64,000 bases of DNA from an uncultured Ruminococcus sp. Lineage in GTDB: Bacteria; Bacillota; Clostridia; Oscillospirales; CAG-272. A model generated the notes under the pieces. That model did no database searches and was not told where the DNA came from. It saw nothing but the letters and a program-made list of their open reading frames with translations. The DNA lies in the NCBI GenBank assembly GCA_964430105.1, contig CAYSEF010000002.1, positions 10,411 to 74,410 of the forward strand, in the 5' to 3' direction. A program made the translations under genes and the position numbers. Numbering within the stretch: position 1 is the stretch's first letter; each line of letters opens with the position of its first letter. Shown in pieces: positions 50,542 to 59,926 of this stretch.

Positions 50542-51021
50542 TCAATCAGCAGTAAATACACCGCTGGCTTTTACAAAAGTTCCTGTAATAATATCGCTTA
50601 CCGCCTTCATCGTGCCTGTATAGCATAGTGCATCTGTGCCTTCACCACATTCGTCGGGAATAACGGAATAGGTTCGCTTTACAGCATGATATACTCCCTC
50701 TGTAGAAGTAACATCGAACAAATCTACAGCTATAATATCAACCCTTGCCTCCTCGCCTACAAGCTCACGATCTGTTATAAGACGTATCTTATCGATAACG
50801 GCGTTTCCGGCGTAAACCTCAAGCTCATAATCGATTTCAGGTGCATAGCCCGTCACATCTGTTCGCTTTGTTATCTCATGAATATATCGTCGTGAATAAT
50901 TGATCGGATTTTTTGTTTCCATAAATTCGGTAAAGCCTTCGCCTATCAAGGACCAAATCGGGCTTTCCGCAGTTCCTGTGTTCATGTAATGCTGTCTGTC
51001 AGCTCTTTTTACAATAGCCAT
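50542..51021 (-). CDS. Major tail (tube) protein
   Basis: 159 aa. Assigned by position and by the N-terminal ...YMNTGTAESPIWSLIGEGFTEF... pattern typical of siphophage tube proteins. Confidence 0.6.
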   Translation of the reverse strand: MAIVKRADRQHYMNTGTAESPIWSLIGEGFTEFMETKNPINYSRRYIHEITKRTDVTGYAPEIDYELEVYAGNAVIDKIRLITDRELVGEEARVDIIAVDLFDVTSTEGVYHAVKRTYSVIPDECGEGTDALCYTGTMKAVSDIITGTFVKASGVFTAD

Positions 51022-51038
51022 TGTTTACTCCTTTATTT

Positions 51039-51431
51039 TTAATTTTCACAAAACCAACTGAGTCTGTATGATGCACGATACTCCTCCTCGCCATTTTCGT
51101 AGACCGCAGATTTTGAAGCACCGTTCATTATCTCAACCTTGCCGTCAACCAGAGAAGACAGCGAGGTTTCCTTTATATATCCGGAAATATCTGAAAAAAG
51201 CTTCACTGCATCAAGCCTGTCACTAACCGAACGTCCTGCACAGCGTACCCGTATTTCAAACGGTATTCCCATAATGTACGAACCGTCTATGTATTCACGC
51301 AATCTTTCTCCACCGCCGATAAGCCATATCGTTGCACAATTTTCACGCCATACCTCAGGAATAAACGTCACTTCTCCGTCAATTCCATTGAAGTAATCGC
51401 ATAATAGCTCAGGTAATCTTATTTCATCCAT
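51039..51431 (-). CDS. Head-tail joining/minor capsid family protein (tail-terminator position)
   Basis: Assigned by position. 130 aa with a GGAGG RBS. Confidence 0.5.
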   Translation of the reverse strand: MDEIRLPELLCDYFNGIDGEVTFIPEVWRENCATIWLIGGGERLREYIDGSYIMGIPFEIRVRCAGRSVSDRLDAVKLFSDISGYIKETSLSSLVDGKVEIMNGASKSAVYENGEEEYRASYRLSWFCEN

Positions 51432-51814
51432 ATTTTACCTCCTGCATTGACCGTGCGATTTTTCCCTGACGATGATGAAGTAAGAGCAGAACCGGCTATA
51501 TTCGCCCATTTTGCACCATCGATTGCCTTTGCTGCTTCAAACCAACGTGCACAAGCGTGTGGATGATGCTTTCGATTAAATTCACGATCTGCATAGTAAC
51601 ATTTGCTTGCATGATTGGCAGACCACGTCACTTCACCTCGATTTCCATCACCTGAGGCGTGTCCTGAATTACATAATGCACCCGTATTGTACGGTACAAA
51701 TGGTTCGCAGGATGCAAGTATCGCTGATTCTAACGCTCTAAGTGCTGTCGGAACTCGCCCATCAATAGAATGAATGATCGCGCCAAGCTCTGTCGTAATA
51801 TTGATATTTATCAT
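51419..51814 (-). CDS. Minor capsid/HK97 gp10-like head-tail joining protein
   Basis: ...FVPYNTGALCNSG...VTWSANHASKCYY...KHHPHACARWFE... resembles the minor-capsid family signature. Confidence 0.55.
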   Translation of the reverse strand: MININITTELGAIIHSIDGRVPTALRALESAILASCEPFVPYNTGALCNSGHASGDGNRGEVTWSANHASKCYYADREFNRKHHPHACARWFEAAKAIDGAKWANIAGSALTSSSSGKNRTVNAGGKIWMK

Positions 51815-51824
51815 CCACAGTACC

Positions 51825-52172
51825 TCACTTTAATTTCAAGCGAATATGCCCTGTATCAGCACCGCCGTTAAAATATCCTACTTCATTTACTCTCGCCACA
51901 ACTTCATCAGCTTCACCTGCACGAAGTACGCAAATATCACCGTAATGCGCCATCGGAAATTTGCAAGGCTCACCGTTTTTATCATAGCATCTGCTTCGGC
52001 CCGTAAAATAGTACACCGTCACTCCCGCTTCCTTTTGCATATCAGGCTCTACTGTAAATATCTCTCTTACGAGGACATCCTCGAGGGTGTATGAATCGTA
52101 AGATGCTTCATAACCCTCATCCTCGCCGAGAAAACGTCTGTATTCGATCCTCCCGTTAAGAAAACCGTTCAT
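51825..52172 (-). CDS. Head closure/head-tail adaptor-like protein
   Basis: Assigned by position. The ATG at 52172 follows GGAGG. Confidence 0.45.
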   Translation of the reverse strand: MNGFLNGRIEYRRFLGEDEGYEASYDSYTLEDVLVREIFTVEPDMQKEAGVTVYYFTGRSRCYDKNGEPCKFPMAHYGDICVLRAGEADEVVARVNEVGYFNGGADTGHIRLKLK

Positions 52173-52202
52173 ATTAAACCTCCGTTTCCCGTATTTTGCC
52201 AA

Positions 52203-52499
52203 TCAGAACCATCTTGTAAGAAGTCCGCATCGCATAAGACGATTGTACGCCTTTGGAGAGATACGAAAGCCTCCGACAGAATGCTTCCATGTATCGGCAT
52301 AAGTAACACTCACATCCCCTACAGATTCAACCTTTACCGCTGTATTTTTGCTTCCCTCGGCTGAATCCATAAAATCAAGCTGTTCATGCACCGCAAGCTC
52401 AAACTGATCACGCTGTTTATCTGTCATATCAGCTTCTGTAAGCGGATATATGAACGACAGCAGTGTATCTCGCCCTCTCTTGTCTGTTTTTTCAGCCAT
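52203..52499 (-). CDS. gp6-like head-tail connector protein
   Basis: 98 aa, directly after the MCP gene. The helical N-terminal part is typical. Confidence 0.5.
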   Translation of the reverse strand: MAEKTDKRGRDTLLSFIYPLTEADMTDKQRDQFELAVHEQLDFMDSAEGSKNTAVKVESVGDVSVTYADTWKHSVGGFRISPKAYNRLMRCGLLTRWF

Positions 52500-52520
52500 A
52501 GCTTCACCTCATCAGATAAA

Positions 52521-53612
52521 TCAGCCGATATAGCGCACTGCAAGCTCAGGATAGATAGTCTTGAATGCATAAAGCACATCCATTGAAAGTATCTCACGCT
52601 TGAACTTCATATCATAGCCTCGTACAACACGGAGAGATATACCGTTGTATGTTGTAACATAGGATTCAACGCCTGCCGGTGTCTGCAATGGTCTTGTGAT
52701 AAAAGCAAATGCATCCGGATGGAATACAAGATTTGCTGAATGGCTCGGCAGAAGCTTAACCTCAGCATTTGCAGAAACAGTCGCATTCGGGTATACCTTG
52801 ACCGTCACCTCATTACCGGAAATCACGGCATTTTCAACAACTGCAAATGTTGCACCTGCGATACTCAAAATATCCCCCTTTGTAAGTGTACCTTCTGTGC
52901 TTGCTTTAAGAGTTATAGCAGAAGCATTTACAGCATTGTTCTTGACCGTCAATGTTCCACTATATGAAACTGAATGTGTTGGAACAGCCTGAGACATATA
53001 GTTTTCAATGCCAAATACCTTACCTATAGAGCCTGTACGAAGCGCAGTGGAAGAACCACACTTTTCAGCGTTAACAATAGCCGGTACCTGCTTGAGCTTT
53101 GAGGCCGCAAGTGGATTCCAAACTGCACATCTTGCACCTGCAGGTACCTTCTGCATATCAAGTGCATAGGATGCCGCCGCAATATCGTCAAGTCCATCGG
53201 GAGTTTCGCCTGCTGTACCCGCAAAGGTCGGAATATCCTTATAAAGGGAAAGTCCCTCTGTGTTTATCTTCTCAGCAAGAGCAGCGGCAGCCGGTTCGAT
53301 AAACATACGGATAACGGAATCAAAATCACACGCCGCCTCAATAGCTCCAACCTGCATATCAACCGTTGCAAGATGATCGAGCTTTACATCGACAGTGTCA
53401 TTTTGCATATTCTGCGGAGTAACTCCGGAGGACTGATCAAATTCGCTTGCAGTAAGCTTTACAGGACATCTTACCGACACTGTATCGCCCTGCTTTGCCG
53501 CACCTCCATCGATATTTTCCTTGTAAATCAGATTCGGAAAAACGAGATTGTCGATAAGTCTGGGGAGAGTTTCTCTTGCGACCTGCTTAACTGAAAATTC
53601 AAATTTTGCCAT
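52521..53612 (-). CDS. Major capsid protein (P22-coat-like/HK97-fold family)
   Basis: 363 aa, after the scaffold gene. ...LPRLIDNLVFPNLIYKENIDGGAAKQGDTVSVRCP... resembles the P22 coat family. There is no protease gene, which is consistent with scaffold-type assembly. Confidence 0.7.
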   Translation of the reverse strand: MAKFEFSVKQVARETLPRLIDNLVFPNLIYKENIDGGAAKQGDTVSVRCPVKLTASEFDQSSGVTPQNMQNDTVDVKLDHLATVDMQVGAIEAACDFDSVIRMFIEPAAAALAEKINTEGLSLYKDIPTFAGTAGETPDGLDDIAAASYALDMQKVPAGARCAVWNPLAASKLKQVPAIVNAEKCGSSTALRTGSIGKVFGIENYMSQAVPTHSVSYSGTLTVKNNAVNASAITLKASTEGTLTKGDILSIAGATFAVVENAVISGNEVTVKVYPNATVSANAEVKLLPSHSANLVFHPDAFAFITRPLQTPAGVESYVTTYNGISLRVVRGYDMKFKREILSMDVLYAFKTIYPELAVRYIG

Positions 53613-53650
53613 AATTTTAATCCTTTCTTTAATTGAAAATTTTTCCTTGA

Positions 53651-54079
53651 TTATATTTTTTTAATGCGTTTATAAAAATCTCTGTCGTTCATGCTGTCAG
53701 CATCGTTTGCTTCATTTTTGTGTGGCATACCTATACGCATTTTGGACAGTGCTGACTTCGACTGTGCTTTGTCCTCGAAAAGATATGATGCGTTCGTTTT
53801 CAGTGCTTCTATCTGCTCGGAAATACCGTGTATACCATCCTCATCGTATGTCACACTCTGCATATCTACAAGCTTCATGACAAGCTCACGATTCTTTACT
53901 CCCGCATTGTCAAGCTCACGTTCCATCTCATTCTGTACACGCACTGACATTATCTCGGCTTCATGCTGTTGCTTAAGCTCAGTCATATCACCGATATCCA
54001 TACCGTTTTCCACTGCTTTTGCAAGAAATTCTTCATATGACAGCTTCTCACTGCCAAAAATCTCCGAAATATCCGGCAT
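53651..54079 (-). CDS. Capsid scaffolding protein (GP20-like)
   Basis: 142 aa, helical and charged, lying between the portal and MCP genes. Confidence 0.6.
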   Translation of the reverse strand: MPDISEIFGSEKLSYEEFLAKAVENGMDIGDMTELKQQHEAEIMSVRVQNEMERELDNAGVKNRELVMKLVDMQSVTYDEDGIHGISEQIEALKTNASYLFEDKAQSKSALSKMRIGMPHKNEANDADSMNDRDFYKRIKKI

Positions 54080-54103
54080 ATTTTAATCCTCCTTAAAATT
54101 CAT

Positions 54104-55492
54104 TTAATAGCTCGTAGCCATTTCGTCTGTTATCCATTTTTTTCGGTATTCCTCCGCTGTTCTTACGCCTGCTTCAAGCTCACTTAAATCTCTTGCACGA
54201 TGTGTTTCGGAATCTATGAAATAAGAATCATCAAAGGTCACGCTTACTTCTGTATCCACATCGACCGGAATATCAAACAGCTCTGCACCTGCCCATAAAA
54301 TCGCTCGAACTACACTGCGAATAAAGGCTTCAAGCTTTTTTTGATGCTTGACTGCGTTCTGTCGCATATCCTGTCGTTCACCCATGTATTGTGTTGCAGT
54401 GAGCCTTGTTCGACCATCAAGTCCACTGAAATTATAGTGATGTGTGCCAAGACCACAGCGGAACGAAAGATAATTTAGCTGTGCCTGTACTGCATCGCTG
54501 TTTTCCTGCGTTCTCAGCTCAGGATTATGCTCCATTATCATTGGATGCTCCGAAAAATCACCATCGCCAAGAGGCACGAAAAGCTGTTGTGCTACATCAT
54601 CAGGTGTAAGAATATTCCCGTTTTCATCACGCGATATGAGCGACTGGTTGAGAAAAACCTTCTTTCCACCAAGCTTTATATCTCTGCAAAAATTGTTGAA
54701 CGCAAGATCTACACCCTTTAGACAGTCGATAGCATCAGCAAAAACCGAAACTCCCAAACCGGTGCTGTCGTCATAATTGTTCTGAATATTCGGGCTGAGA
54801 ATCGCAAACAACGGAACAAATGAGCCTGTATGTATTTCGGAAGCCGTAAATTCCATATCCCTCTGCACAAGCTCGCCATTTTCACGAAAATAGAATTCGT
54901 TTCTTATGACATATCCATCATTTTCCAGCTCGTGCGTTTCGATATAAACATATTCCTCACCATGCAGTATACCCTCGGATATAAACGCTGCTTCTGTAAT
55001 TTTGCCGTTACGCACACTCAGCGGTATGATATGTGAAGCATCGACCCATTCAAACGATATTGCACCGTCACCATCGACAAAAAGCGTACCGTCATCACCT
55101 ACAGTAAGTCCGTCAAGACGAAGAATAGCGGCACCTGTTCCAACAGCAAATGCTTTTTCCACAAGACGGTTTGCCTGTGTCATAAAATCTGTTCTGCGGA
55201 AAACCTTACCTACAAACTCTGCACCGGCTTCATCCTCAACTCGTATAACAGTACGGTCATTAAGAAGCAACGATGCCCAGTCCTCGGCAATTTTCTTTGC
55301 CATATTCATACGATACAGCTCTCTTTTGACTACATTTCCACCATTCGTATTTTCGTAAAATTCGTGAAATGAGCGTTCATGCCCCTTCCACCATGCTTCC
55401 CATTCGGCGATTTTTTCGTAATACGCAGAGCATAGCGAAAAATCTTCCCCGTATCTTGCGCATAAAATTTCTCTGATCTCCTCGCCGATCAT
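54104..55492 (-). CDS. Portal protein (SPP1 Gp6-like)
   Basis: 462 aa. ...WEAWWKGHERSFHEFY...RELYRMNMAKKIAEDWASLLLNDRTVI... is typical of this portal family. Confidence 0.8.
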   Translation of the reverse strand: MIGEEIREILCARYGEDFSLCSAYYEKIAEWEAWWKGHERSFHEFYENTNGGNVVKRELYRMNMAKKIAEDWASLLLNDRTVIRVEDEAGAEFVGKVFRRTDFMTQANRLVEKAFAVGTGAAILRLDGLTVGDDGTLFVDGDGAISFEWVDASHIIPLSVRNGKITEAAFISEGILHGEEYVYIETHELENDGYVIRNEFYFRENGELVQRDMEFTASEIHTGSFVPLFAILSPNIQNNYDDSTGLGVSVFADAIDCLKGVDLAFNNFCRDIKLGGKKVFLNQSLISRDENGNILTPDDVAQQLFVPLGDGDFSEHPMIMEHNPELRTQENSDAVQAQLNYLSFRCGLGTHHYNFSGLDGRTRLTATQYMGERQDMRQNAVKHQKKLEAFIRSVVRAILWAGAELFDIPVDVDTEVSVTFDDSYFIDSETHRARDLSELEAGVRTAEEYRKKWITDEMATSY

Positions 55493-55528
55493 TTTATCAA
55501 CTCCTTTCTTTTTGTTTGCTTGTTACCA

Positions 55529-56824
55529 CTACAAATACTTTTTCATATACCTCTCGATAGAATATTCCATCGCATCAAGTATATCGATATCCGAGGTAAA
55601 ATTGTCAAGTCGCTTATCCGTCGTTGACTTTTCATCCCATACAGCGGATGCCAAACCCTCTCGCAGGATACTGCATTCTCGAAGAAGCTTGAATCTCCCC
55701 GTTGATAAAAGCGAATTGACAAATGCAATACGATCGGCAATAGGGCGTTTAGCACAATCCATCACCGTTACTGTATCACCCCTCGCAGCCAAAAATCGTC
55801 GAAGGCCCGTAATAAGATACTGTGCTTCACTGTCTGCAAAAACATAACGCACCTGTACATCTCGCCATCGCTCACGAATTCCTTCAAGAAAATGCAGAAA
55901 TTCGTTGTTTATCCTCGTCGGATCGATCTCGCCTTTATCCCCTGCAACTGCACGTTCACTGATAACACACAGCTTTCGCTCTTTTACAAACGCTGTCGCA
56001 ACGAATGTAGTTTTTGATCTGTTACCGCCAAAATCCACGCCAATGTTAATAAATTCCATTTCATCGACTGAAATATCATCTACCGTAAATAATGCGGGAG
56101 CATCGGCAAATTTGCGATAAATCAAGCCCTCTGCCGCACATCGCTGTCCAAGAATATCTCTGCGATACCAGACGGAATCCTTATCATATTGAGCCGTTAT
56201 TTCCGTTATTCTTTCCTGCGGAATAAGCGGATTATCAAAAATGGTGAAATGTGCGTAATTATAATAATTTCCGCCAAGGCTTTCTTCTGATGCATATCTG
56301 TCAAGGTAATCCTTATATATCGGATGCGACGGATTTGATGGATTGAGATCCCAAAATATACGCCGTTTTTTTGCCGCAAGCTGACGGTTACACGCCTCTT
56401 TGATGAACGAATCTGAGTGTAGGTTGATTTCTGTGGCTATCCACATACCATACGAATTACCACGAATACGCTTGTAAGAATCAGAATTCTTTCCGCCCGA
56501 AAAAATTACTATCCTCTCTCCGAGTTTTGTATTCACAATAAGCGCATCGTTTCCTCGATATCGTGACCACCTGCATCGACCTTCAAATATATTGCACAGA
56601 CCAAGCCCGTTGCAGTCGCCAATATTCAGCTTTGCATTGCCGAGAGTTGAACCGCTTGCAAGGTGATATTTGTCAGGTGAAGCTTCAAGTAACGCAGCAA
56701 AGACAAATACATTGTCAACTGTTTTTCCCGCACGCACCGCACCTTCTGCAACATTTATCGTACAATCATACGCACGTCGCATATATTCACGATGCTTGTC
56801 GCCGAAAACATAATTCATGCTCAT
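55529..56824 (-). CDS. Terminase large subunit (PBSX-type)
   Basis: Walker A GAVRAGKT, a C-terminal nuclease-like region, and an ATGA overlap with TerS. Confidence 0.85.
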   Translation of the reverse strand: MSMNYVFGDKHREYMRRAYDCTINVAEGAVRAGKTVDNVFVFAALLEASPDKYHLASGSTLGNAKLNIGDCNGLGLCNIFEGRCRWSRYRGNDALIVNTKLGERIVIFSGGKNSDSYKRIRGNSYGMWIATEINLHSDSFIKEACNRQLAAKKRRIFWDLNPSNPSHPIYKDYLDRYASEESLGGNYYNYAHFTIFDNPLIPQERITEITAQYDKDSVWYRRDILGQRCAAEGLIYRKFADAPALFTVDDISVDEMEFINIGVDFGGNRSKTTFVATAFVKERKLCVISERAVAGDKGEIDPTRINNEFLHFLEGIRERWRDVQVRYVFADSEAQYLITGLRRFLAARGDTVTVMDCAKRPIADRIAFVNSLLSTGRFKLLRECSILREGLASAVWDEKSTTDKRLDNFTSDIDILDAMEYSIERYMKKYL

Positions 56825-57198
56825 GACCCATCCCCCTCGAAGATATCCGCACGCAGAGTTTCTATCTCAGCAGAAGCTGTCACTGCACGACGTGATTTTC
56901 TCCCGAATATACCATGCACATCGAACAGCTCGAAATACAGCTTTATCGCCGGAACACTTCCCTTCATGGCTGTTTCGACAAGTGAATGAAGCATATACGG
57001 TGCATAAATACCACTCATGCGAGAAGTCATATTTCCCGCACATTCCGCAAATGAATCATCAAGTATCCACGAGGTAAATTCTTCCTCAGAAATGCCATAT
57101 TCTTCAAGCAGCTCCTCAAGCGAACGTCCACTTTGCAGCATCGCATATGCAAGAAGCATTTGCTGTGATTTACAGTTCAGCGAAGATTGTATCTCCAT
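56821..57198 (-). CDS. Terminase small subunit-like HTH protein
   Basis: The ATG at 57198 follows AAAGGAGG. MEIQSSLNCKSQQMLLAYAMLQSGRSLEELLEEYGISEEEF... contains an HTH, and it lies directly upstream of TerL. Confidence 0.6.
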   Translation of the reverse strand: MEIQSSLNCKSQQMLLAYAMLQSGRSLEELLEEYGISEEEFTSWILDDSFAECAGNMTSRMSGIYAPYMLHSLVETAMKGSVPAIKLYFELFDVHGIFGRKSRRAVTASAEIETLRADIFEGDGS

Positions 57199-57482
57199 CG
57201 TTTTCCTCCTTTCGTTTCTCGCTGTGCCTATATTGTAGCATGATGCAAGCATATCCTTCGCCCCGTAAAATTCCCACAAGCTTCCCACGAGTTGTTCACA
57301 ATTCCAAAAACAAAAAATGGAGGATAAATCCCCCATTTAATGACATTTTTCAAATATTTTATTTCTAAAATCCCACTTTTCACCGATTAGTGGTGAATCA
57401 GCACCAATTTACCCCAACCACCTCATCTTTGCCGAAAAAACGCAAAAGAATTTCGTTACAATTTCGTAATAATTTTTGATAC

Positions 57483-57537
57483 AAAAAAATCCCGTCACAC
57501 GACCGAGCATCAAGCCGATGACTGTCGTAATGACGGG
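57483..57537 (-). terminator. Intrinsic terminator upstream of (insulating) the phage-like cluster
   Basis: On the minus strand, CCCGTCA...TGACGGG with an inner ACGAC/GTCGT extension, followed by U7. Confidence 0.7.
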
Positions 57538-57661
57538 TGTAAGAGGAAGGCTAAATTAAAACTACACTATTACCAGTTGTATTATACTCCACATTTTGTG
57601 TTATGTCAAGCATTTTCTTCAATATATTGAAAATAATTACAATTAAAATTAAATTAACTGC

Positions 57662-58375
57662 TTAAAGTACGACAGCATCAACAGTCATAATAGTACGTTG
57701 TTTATCTGCTCCACGCATTTCAACCGCATAATCAAGCTCCATCGAACCACCACATTCAAAATCGAAGCTTCCCCTGCATTTTTTCGTGTATACAGCCATC
57801 TCAAACGCCATTATGGGAGTCTGATAAACTGAAATATGGCGTACTCCTTCTTCACATACGATATTGTTCAGCACAGAGCCTGTACGATATATCGAAACAG
57901 AATTCGGTCTTGCCGGATCGTAAACTATTACAGATTCGGTTTCATCCATAGATTCGCCCTCGATATACGATATCTCAATAATTTCACGTCCGCCTTCTGT
58001 TCTTCTGCGAAGCTCGCCGATTGTACGGTAAACGTAAACATCATCCTCATCTTCCGGTTGTATTTCCTGAAGCTTCTGCCATATTTCCTCAAACATCTGA
58101 CGTTCTTCATCAGACATATTTTCGCTTTCGTCGGATTCATCTTCGCCTGCGTTGTATATCTCTGTTTCAGATAATCCCGCATCACGATCAAGCATATCCT
58201 GAACAGTAGCGTACATCTCCTCAGGATAATCCTCAGGATTAGCGTGCTTTTCTTCCTTAAACATATCGCGCTTATTTGAAAAGAACGACTGCGTAATCGC
58301 ATTAGTTCTGTTGTCAGGTAAAATGTGCTTTGACGTAAGTGTCAGCTTAACCATTCTTTTATCTGCGTTATCCAT
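57662..58375 (-). CDS. DUF1934 (YwiB-like beta-barrel) protein with a long acidic insertion
   Basis: ...IEISYIEGE...VIVYDP...VSIYRTGSV...ISVYQTPIMAFEMAVYT...MELDYAVEM... matches the DUF1934 pattern as I remember it. Confidence 0.55.
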   Translation of the reverse strand: MDNADKRMVKLTLTSKHILPDNRTNAITQSFFSNKRDMFKEEKHANPEDYPEEMYATVQDMLDRDAGLSETEIYNAGEDESDESENMSDEERQMFEEIWQKLQEIQPEDEDDVYVYRTIGELRRRTEGGREIIEISYIEGESMDETESVIVYDPARPNSVSIYRTGSVLNNIVCEEGVRHISVYQTPIMAFEMAVYTKKCRGSFDFECGGSMELDYAVEMRGADKQRTIMTVDAVVL

Positions 58376-58393
58376 AATTTACCTTATCTGCTC

Positions 58394-59842
58394 CTATTTG
58401 ATTTCTGTTTTGTCATGAACATCAGTCATGCTATTGAGTTCATTTACGTTATTGTTTGAATTTGCGTTATTCGCTTCCATTTTTCTTCTGACCTTCGGGA
58501 ATACAACTGCACAAGCGGGTACAAGAAGTACGCAAGCTGCAAACCAAGCACACGGATCGGCGTAACAAGCAGCATCAAAGCCATACTTATCGACAAATCC
58601 AAGTGCAACGATAGCTCTTGCGAACATTTCAAAAATACCGGCAAACATTGCTGTAACACCATATTCAAGTCCCTGCAAAGCGAATCTGCATACCATCAAT
58701 ACGCCAAGCGGGATATAAAGAACGCTGTTTCTGCGTAGATATGTGCGAACATACATGAGAAGCGTATCGAGTCTGGGGTCCTCACGATTGATAAATATCA
58801 GTGAAACGTACTCACCGGCGAGGAAAATGACTGCACCGATAACAACGCTGTATACGACTGCAATAAGCATACCGCCCCAGAAGCCACGCTTAACTCTGTC
58901 GTATTTTCCTGCACCGATATTCTGACCGCACCATGTAGATATTGTAACACCAAGCGTTGAAAACGGAAGATGTACAAATGACTGTACCTTATGAGCGGCA
59001 GTAACAGAGGCGATTATATCAGTACCAAGACCGTTTACGGAAGTCTGAACAAGTACAGAACCTATAGCTGTAATAGAATACTGAAGTGCCATAGGAAGTC
59101 CGGACATAAGCAAACGCTTAGATACAAGCATATTGAATCTGCGTTCTTCAGCCTTCACACGGAACACGGTATAGTGCTTACGGATATAGATAAAGCACGC
59201 AACCGCAGACACGATCTGTGAAATAATAGTTGCAATAGCAGCACCCTGAACACCGTTTCCGACGATAAATACAAATACAAAGTCAAGAACGATATTAACA
59301 ACAGATGCAACAATAAGAATTATAAGCGGAGTACGGCTGTTACCCATTGCACGCATAAGCCCCGCCTGAGTATTGTAAGCGATAGTGGCAGGTATTCCAA
59401 GGAATATCACTCTAAGATAGTCAAAGGCATCTGAATAGATATCCTCACCGAAATTCATGATATCAAGTATCGATCCCAGTGCCAATGATGTTGCCGTAGT
59501 AAGTACCACTGCAAAGAAAAGGCCAAGCCAAACGATATTCCATACACATTTGACTAACATATTTTTATCATTTGCACCGAATGCCTGAGAAACCGGTATA
59601 CAGAAGCCGGCACACATACCGTCAACGAAGCCTATAACAAGGAAGGTTATCGAACCTGTAGCTCCGACAGCCGCAAGAGCATTCGTTCCGACTCCCTGCC
59701 CAACGATAGCCGCATCGACCATATTATAAAACTGTTGCATAAGGTTTCCGAGAAGTATCGGCAAGCAAAACCTCAGCATCAACGACAGCACAGGCCCGTT
59801 AGTAAGGTCAAGTGTTGCCTTCTTTTTTGTAGCAGTCGCCAT
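58394..59842 (-). CDS. MATE-family efflux transporter
   Basis: ...LDLTNGPVLSLMLRFCLPILLGNLMQQFYNMVDAAIVGQ..., 12 TM helices. The ATG at 59842 is M22 of the track ORF. Confidence 0.9.
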   Translation of the reverse strand: MATATKKKATLDLTNGPVLSLMLRFCLPILLGNLMQQFYNMVDAAIVGQGVGTNALAAVGATGSITFLVIGFVDGMCAGFCIPVSQAFGANDKNMLVKCVWNIVWLGLFFAVVLTTATSLALGSILDIMNFGEDIYSDAFDYLRVIFLGIPATIAYNTQAGLMRAMGNSRTPLIILIVASVVNIVLDFVFVFIVGNGVQGAAIATIISQIVSAVACFIYIRKHYTVFRVKAEERRFNMLVSKRLLMSGLPMALQYSITAIGSVLVQTSVNGLGTDIIASVTAAHKVQSFVHLPFSTLGVTISTWCGQNIGAGKYDRVKRGFWGGMLIAVVYSVVIGAVIFLAGEYVSLIFINREDPRLDTLLMYVRTYLRRNSVLYIPLGVLMVCRFALQGLEYGVTAMFAGIFEMFARAIVALGFVDKYGFDAACYADPCAWFAACVLLVPACAVVFPKVRRKMEANNANSNNNVNELNSMTDVHDKTEIK

Positions 59843-59926
59843 AATGTTCTCCCTAATGAACAAAAATGAAGGGCATTGTGATAATTCATAACGCCCGTAT
59901 CTCATTTTTTAACCAATTTTTTATTT

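Larger units (their letters stand above)
44899..57198 (-). mobile_element. Compact phage-like head+tail morphogenesis cluster (17 genes, 12.3 kb): GTA-like locus or morphogenesis-only prophage remnant
   Basis: Gene order is TerS-TerL-portal-scaffold-MCP-4 connector genes-tube-2 chaperones-TMP-Dit-Gp37-like-2 fibre-like genes. All are co-oriented with strong RBSs and 4-nt overlaps. No integrase, repressor, replication or lysis genes are present, and the flanks are housekeeping genes. Confidence 0.8.

Noticed and set aside
44764-57661. Search for att-like direct repeats, an integrase or a tRNA at the borders of the phage-like cluster
   Set aside because: I found only a 9-nt inverted match (TGCTGATTC / GAATCAGCA) and a short palindrome CCTGAATTTTCAGG at 44868-44881. 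There was nothing convincing as attL/attR, so I do not call the cluster an integrated prophage.
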